Shown: piece by piece, positions 60,008 through 64,000 of the stretch
Layout: each line of letters opens with the position of its first letter
Position numbering within the stretch: the stretch's first letter is position 1
NCBI GenBank assembly: GCA_964016885.1
Contig: OZ024750.1
Coordinates: forward strand, 32,736,001-32,800,000
DNA length: 64,000 bases
Direction: 5' to 3'
DNA from: Eledone cirrhosa
Taxonomy: Eukaryota
The notes under the pieces: model-generated
What the model was told of the DNA's origin: nothing
What the model saw: the letters and a program-made list of their open reading frames with translations, nothing else
Databases searched by the model: none
Made by a program: the position numbers and the translations under genes

Positions 60008-60899
60008 AAGTGATTTAATTGTCCCTATATTTCGGATTTCGCATCCATCAACTGGGAGTTTTCCGAGGGGGAAAGTTTTTAGTCGGAGAGGAACAACACG
60101 CGGCCTCTGTTGTCTGCCGTTTGTGTACAACTGAAATATTCTGTAAGGCAGAGCATGCGCACAGAATAGCTGCAGTCAGGCAAAGGTCGAGGCAGTTCTT
60201 CTTTACTAGGGTAGTGGGATGGTGCTTCACTGTCAATCTATTATACTACTTATATTGTTATAATTTATGCCCTTTACAACTTCTGATCCTTCAAATTGGC
60301 TAATTGGTTTGAAAAATCCCAACACAGTTCCAATGAAATATAATAATTGATCTATTAAAACAAAATATCAAAGAAAATAACTGAAAGAACCAGAAAAACA
60401 AAATGAAAATAAATGGAAAAGCAGGATAAATTGTATTTTTTAGCTGCAAGCTAGAGGGCTGTAGGTTCTCTTTTACAGGTTTCAATCGTTTTATTATGGG
60501 CATGATACATATTTTTTATTAGAACTTATACACTTTAGCTAATGGCTTTTTTTCTCATCACCAAAGGGAATGAATATATGCAGATTATTAATTTGTTAAT
60601 TGTATAAGTGATTAATTTCTATTAAACATATCATTTCATTCCTGTTAATATGATATGCATGCTAGCTTTTACACACACACATATATTATGTTTAGGAAAT
60701 TGCTACAATGCAGATGGTGTTGTAAATATTCAGACAACAAACTTGGGTGAAGAAATTGTAAGGAGGGGCTGAGTGGGGAATAGAAAGAGAAACGGAAAAA
60801 TAAATTATTTTTTTCTCTCCATACAATAATTCATAGATAGCTTTGTCATGCTTCTCATTTAAAATATGTTCACATTCATTTAAATATAAATGGAACCTA

Positions 60900-61275
60900 G
60901 TTATGTCAGGTTGTTCTCGGGCAGTAATGGTAACATGAAACCCTGTAGAGCCTTTTGCATGGGTGGGTCATTGGTATCTAAACTGGCAACCCCACCAAGC
61001 TTTCTTGGTGACGAGGGTGACGTTTGGAAACACTACAGAAGGCAGAGGAACTCAAGAGAGTCAACAGTCACCCAACAGTGTCTAGAAAACTTGGTAGGTA
61101 GACTTCTGGGAGAAGGTTCACTCTGATTACAAAACCAGGGAAGATGTAACTGATTAGTCATTTTAGTGACAACCTTTCACGTGGCCAATGGCTTCGTATT
61201 TGAGATGAAGAAGAATGAGTTGCGTCTTGGTAGCCAACATCCTGGTAATGTTCAGATGGAGGACTCAGGGCCCAC
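60900..61275 (+). mobile_element. Possible RTE-clade LINE 5'-UTR-derived fragment
   Basis: GC-richer island containing GGAGAAGGTTCACTCTGATTACAAAACC, resembling the GGAGAAGGAAAACTCTGAWTYCAAACC motif recalled from RTE 5' UTRs; not verified. Confidence 0.35.
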
Positions 61276-61315
61276 TGATGTCATATTTTTATTGATTTGA
61301 ATCGTGGAGATACAG

Positions 61316-61643
61316 CATCATCATCATCATCATCATCATTTTACGTCTGCTTTTTCCCTGCTTGCAAGGGTGGGACGGGAACTGATCTGGATTGATTTCT
61401 ACAGATGGATGCCCTTCCTAACACCAACCTCATTTGCAGTGAGTGCTGGGTGCCTTTATCTCTGTGGCGCCTACACAACCACTTTACAGTGTGGGCTGGG
61501 TGCTCTTTTTGCCGTGGCACCTCCATGACCACTTTGCAGTGGAATGATAGGGACCCCAGTCCTATCATCTCATTTCTACAGCTGAGTAAACTGGAGCAAT
61601 GGGAAATAAAGTGTAAGTGTCTTGCTCAAGGAAACAACACATC
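61316..61643 (-). mobile_element. CORE-SINE of the 6968/13729 family lacking the tRNA head
   Basis: Near-identical to 6968-7240 with two internal modules; homology stops at GGAAACAACACATC. Confidence 0.9.
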
Positions 61644-61914
61644 ATGTAGATAAGTATTGGGGCAACTGTCCATAGTCCCCCTGGCTCTCAACAATGTAGA
61701 TGGGATCTCTCTCCTTACTCAGAAGATAGTTAGGCCCGATTAAAAAACATTAGAGGAATTATCCACAATATGATTATAACCAACAGTTGAAAAAAAAACC
61801 TTGGCCCACTGTCGCCTATTTTAATATATAAATCCTAAATAAAGCTCCTTGGTCCATTCAAAACTAAAAAAAAATTGTATTGCAGTGTTAACCAATTTAT
61901 GCCAGCATAGATGC

Positions 61915-61979
61915 AATGATGATGGTGACAATGATGATGATGATAATGATGATGATGACGACGATGATGATGGGGACAC

Positions 61980-62012
<33 letters not shown>

Positions 62013-62044
62013 CATTGATGATAGTGACAATGACGATGATGACA

Positions 62045-62078
<34 letters not shown>

Positions 62079-62204
62079 GGATAATGATGATGAAGATGTT
62101 GATGATGATGATGATGATGACGATGATGATGGTGACAATGATGATGATGATGATGATGACAATGATGATGATGATAATGATGATGATGACAACATTGACA
62201 ACAA

Positions 62205-62235
<31 letters not shown>

Positions 62236-63048
62236 TGTGGTGGTGGTGGTGGTGGTGGTGGTGGTGGTGGTGGTGGTGGTGGTGGTGTTGGTGGTTGTGG
62301 TGGTGGTGGTGGTGATGGTGGTGGTAGTGTGGTGGTGGTGGTTGTGGTGGTGGTGGTAGTGTGGTGGTGGTGGTGGTGGTTGTGGTGGTGTTGGTGGTGG
62401 TGGTGGTGGTGTTGGTGGTGGTGGTTGTGGTGGTGTTGGTAGTGTGGTGGTTGTGGTGGTGTTGGTGGTGGTAATGGTGGTAGTGGTGGTGGTGGTGGTG
62501 GTGGTGGTGGTGTTGGTGGTTGTGGTTGTGGTGGTGGTGATGGTGGTGGTAGTGTGGTGGTGGTGGTTGTGGTTGTGGTGGTGTTGGTGGTGGTGGTGGT
62601 GGTGGTGTTGGTGGTGGTGGTTGTGGTGGTGTTGGTAGTGTGGTGGTTGTGGTGGTGTTGGTGGTGGTAATGGTGGTAGTGGTGGTGGTGGTGGTGGTGG
62701 TGGTGGTGGTAGTGTGGTGGTGGTGGTGGTGGTGGTGGTAGTGTGGTGGTGGTGGTGGTGGTGATGGTGGTGGTGGTGGTGGTGATGGTAGCAGTGGTGG
62801 TGATGATGGTGATGATGGTGATGGTGGTTGTGGTGGTGGTGGTGTTGGTGGTGTTGGTTGTGGTGGTGGTGGTGGTGCTGTTGTTGGTGTTGGTGGTGGT
62901 ATTGGTGGTGGTGGTGGTGTTGTTGTTGTTGTTGGTAGTGGTGGTGGTATCGGTGGTGTTGGTGGTGATGTTGGTGATGGTGGTGGTGGTGGTTCTGGTG
63001 GTGTTGGTGCTGTTGGTTGTGGTGGTGGTAATGGTGGTGGTGGTGGTG

Positions 63049-63080
<32 letters not shown>

Positions 63081-63085
63081 GGTGG

Positions 63086-63116
<31 letters not shown>

Positions 63117-63232
63117 GGTGTTGTTGTTGTTGGTGTTGTTGTTGTTGGTGGTGATGGTGTTGATGGTGTAGGTGGTGATGGTGTTGGTGGTAAAGGTGTT
63201 GGTGGTGGTGGTGGTGATAGTGGTGGTAATGG
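61915..63232. repeat. Compound trinucleotide tract (GAT)n then (GGT)n/(GTT)n with a 196-bp internal duplication
   Basis: GTAATGG marker at 62471 and 62667. Confidence 0.95.
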
Positions 63233-63334
63233 CAGCTGCAGGGGCGAGAATTATTTCTCTGTTAACTGTTAATTATGGTCGTAGGATTTTGATACCGATA
63301 TTTACAATTGTTTTTAGTTGTTTTTTTTTAGTTT

Positions 63335-63345
63335 ATATATATGTA

Positions 63346-63432
<87 letters not shown>

Positions 63433-63779
63433 CTTTTTTTCAAATTGTTTTGGTAGTCGTTGCTGCTGTCATTTAGGTAATTAGGTTTGTTAGGAAATAA
63501 GTCTTTACTATATATATATATAAATACGTACATAGATATAGATATACATATATATATACAAATATTTATGTGTGTGTGTGCGTGCGTAAATATATATGTA
63601 TGTATATATATATTATATATATATGTGTGTGTGTGTGTATGTACATATATATATGTGTGTGTATGTACATATATATATATGTGTATGTACATATATATAT
63701 ATGTGTGTATGTACATATATATATATGTACATATGTACATATATATATATGTGTATGTATATATATATATGTGTGTGTG

Positions 63780-63811
<32 letters not shown>

Positions 63812-64000
63812 CATATATACATATATATATATACATATATATATATACATATATATACAAATATTTATATATATATATATACATATATGTACATTTATAT
63901 ATTTACATATATGTATATATATATTTACATTTATGTATATATATATATTTACATATACGTATATATATATTTACATATATGTATATATATATTTACGTAT
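63335..64000. repeat. (AT)n/(GT)n/(AC)-interrupted microsatellite tracts
   Basis: Direct reading. Confidence 0.9.

Noticed and set aside
61849-63456. Poly-Asp/Gly/Val ORFs
   Set aside because: (GAT)n/(GGT)n tract with frame-breaking interruptions

Overview
Very repeat-dense, AT-rich eukaryotic (animal) DNA with no supportable protein-coding gene; the long ORFs in the track are translations of microsatellites or repeats. The SINE/LINE-tail repertoire (tRNA+CORE heads, a Nin/Deu-like domain, RTE-type tails ending in (GAT)n) and the dense (AT)n tracts point to a cephalopod such as octopus, which is an inference. About 34.4 kb (17533-51977) is a G-rich, almost C-free 49/52-bp satellite with nested kb-scale duplications (periods about 1.2, 1.7, 3.1-3.2 and 7.7-7.9 kb). 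Other arrays are a 31-bp minisatellite (54204-55467) and two paralogous SINE-like elements carrying independent six-copy internal expansions (112 bp and 140 bp). The most interesting signal is a short AT-rich repeat family embedded in (AT)n tracts that carries minimal type-I hammerhead ribozyme folds (5813-5875, 6317-6386). A third copy (7335-7542) forms a near-perfect 53-bp-arm palindrome whose inverted arm begins at the predicted self-cleavage site, reminiscent of Penelope-like pLTRs or retrozymes.
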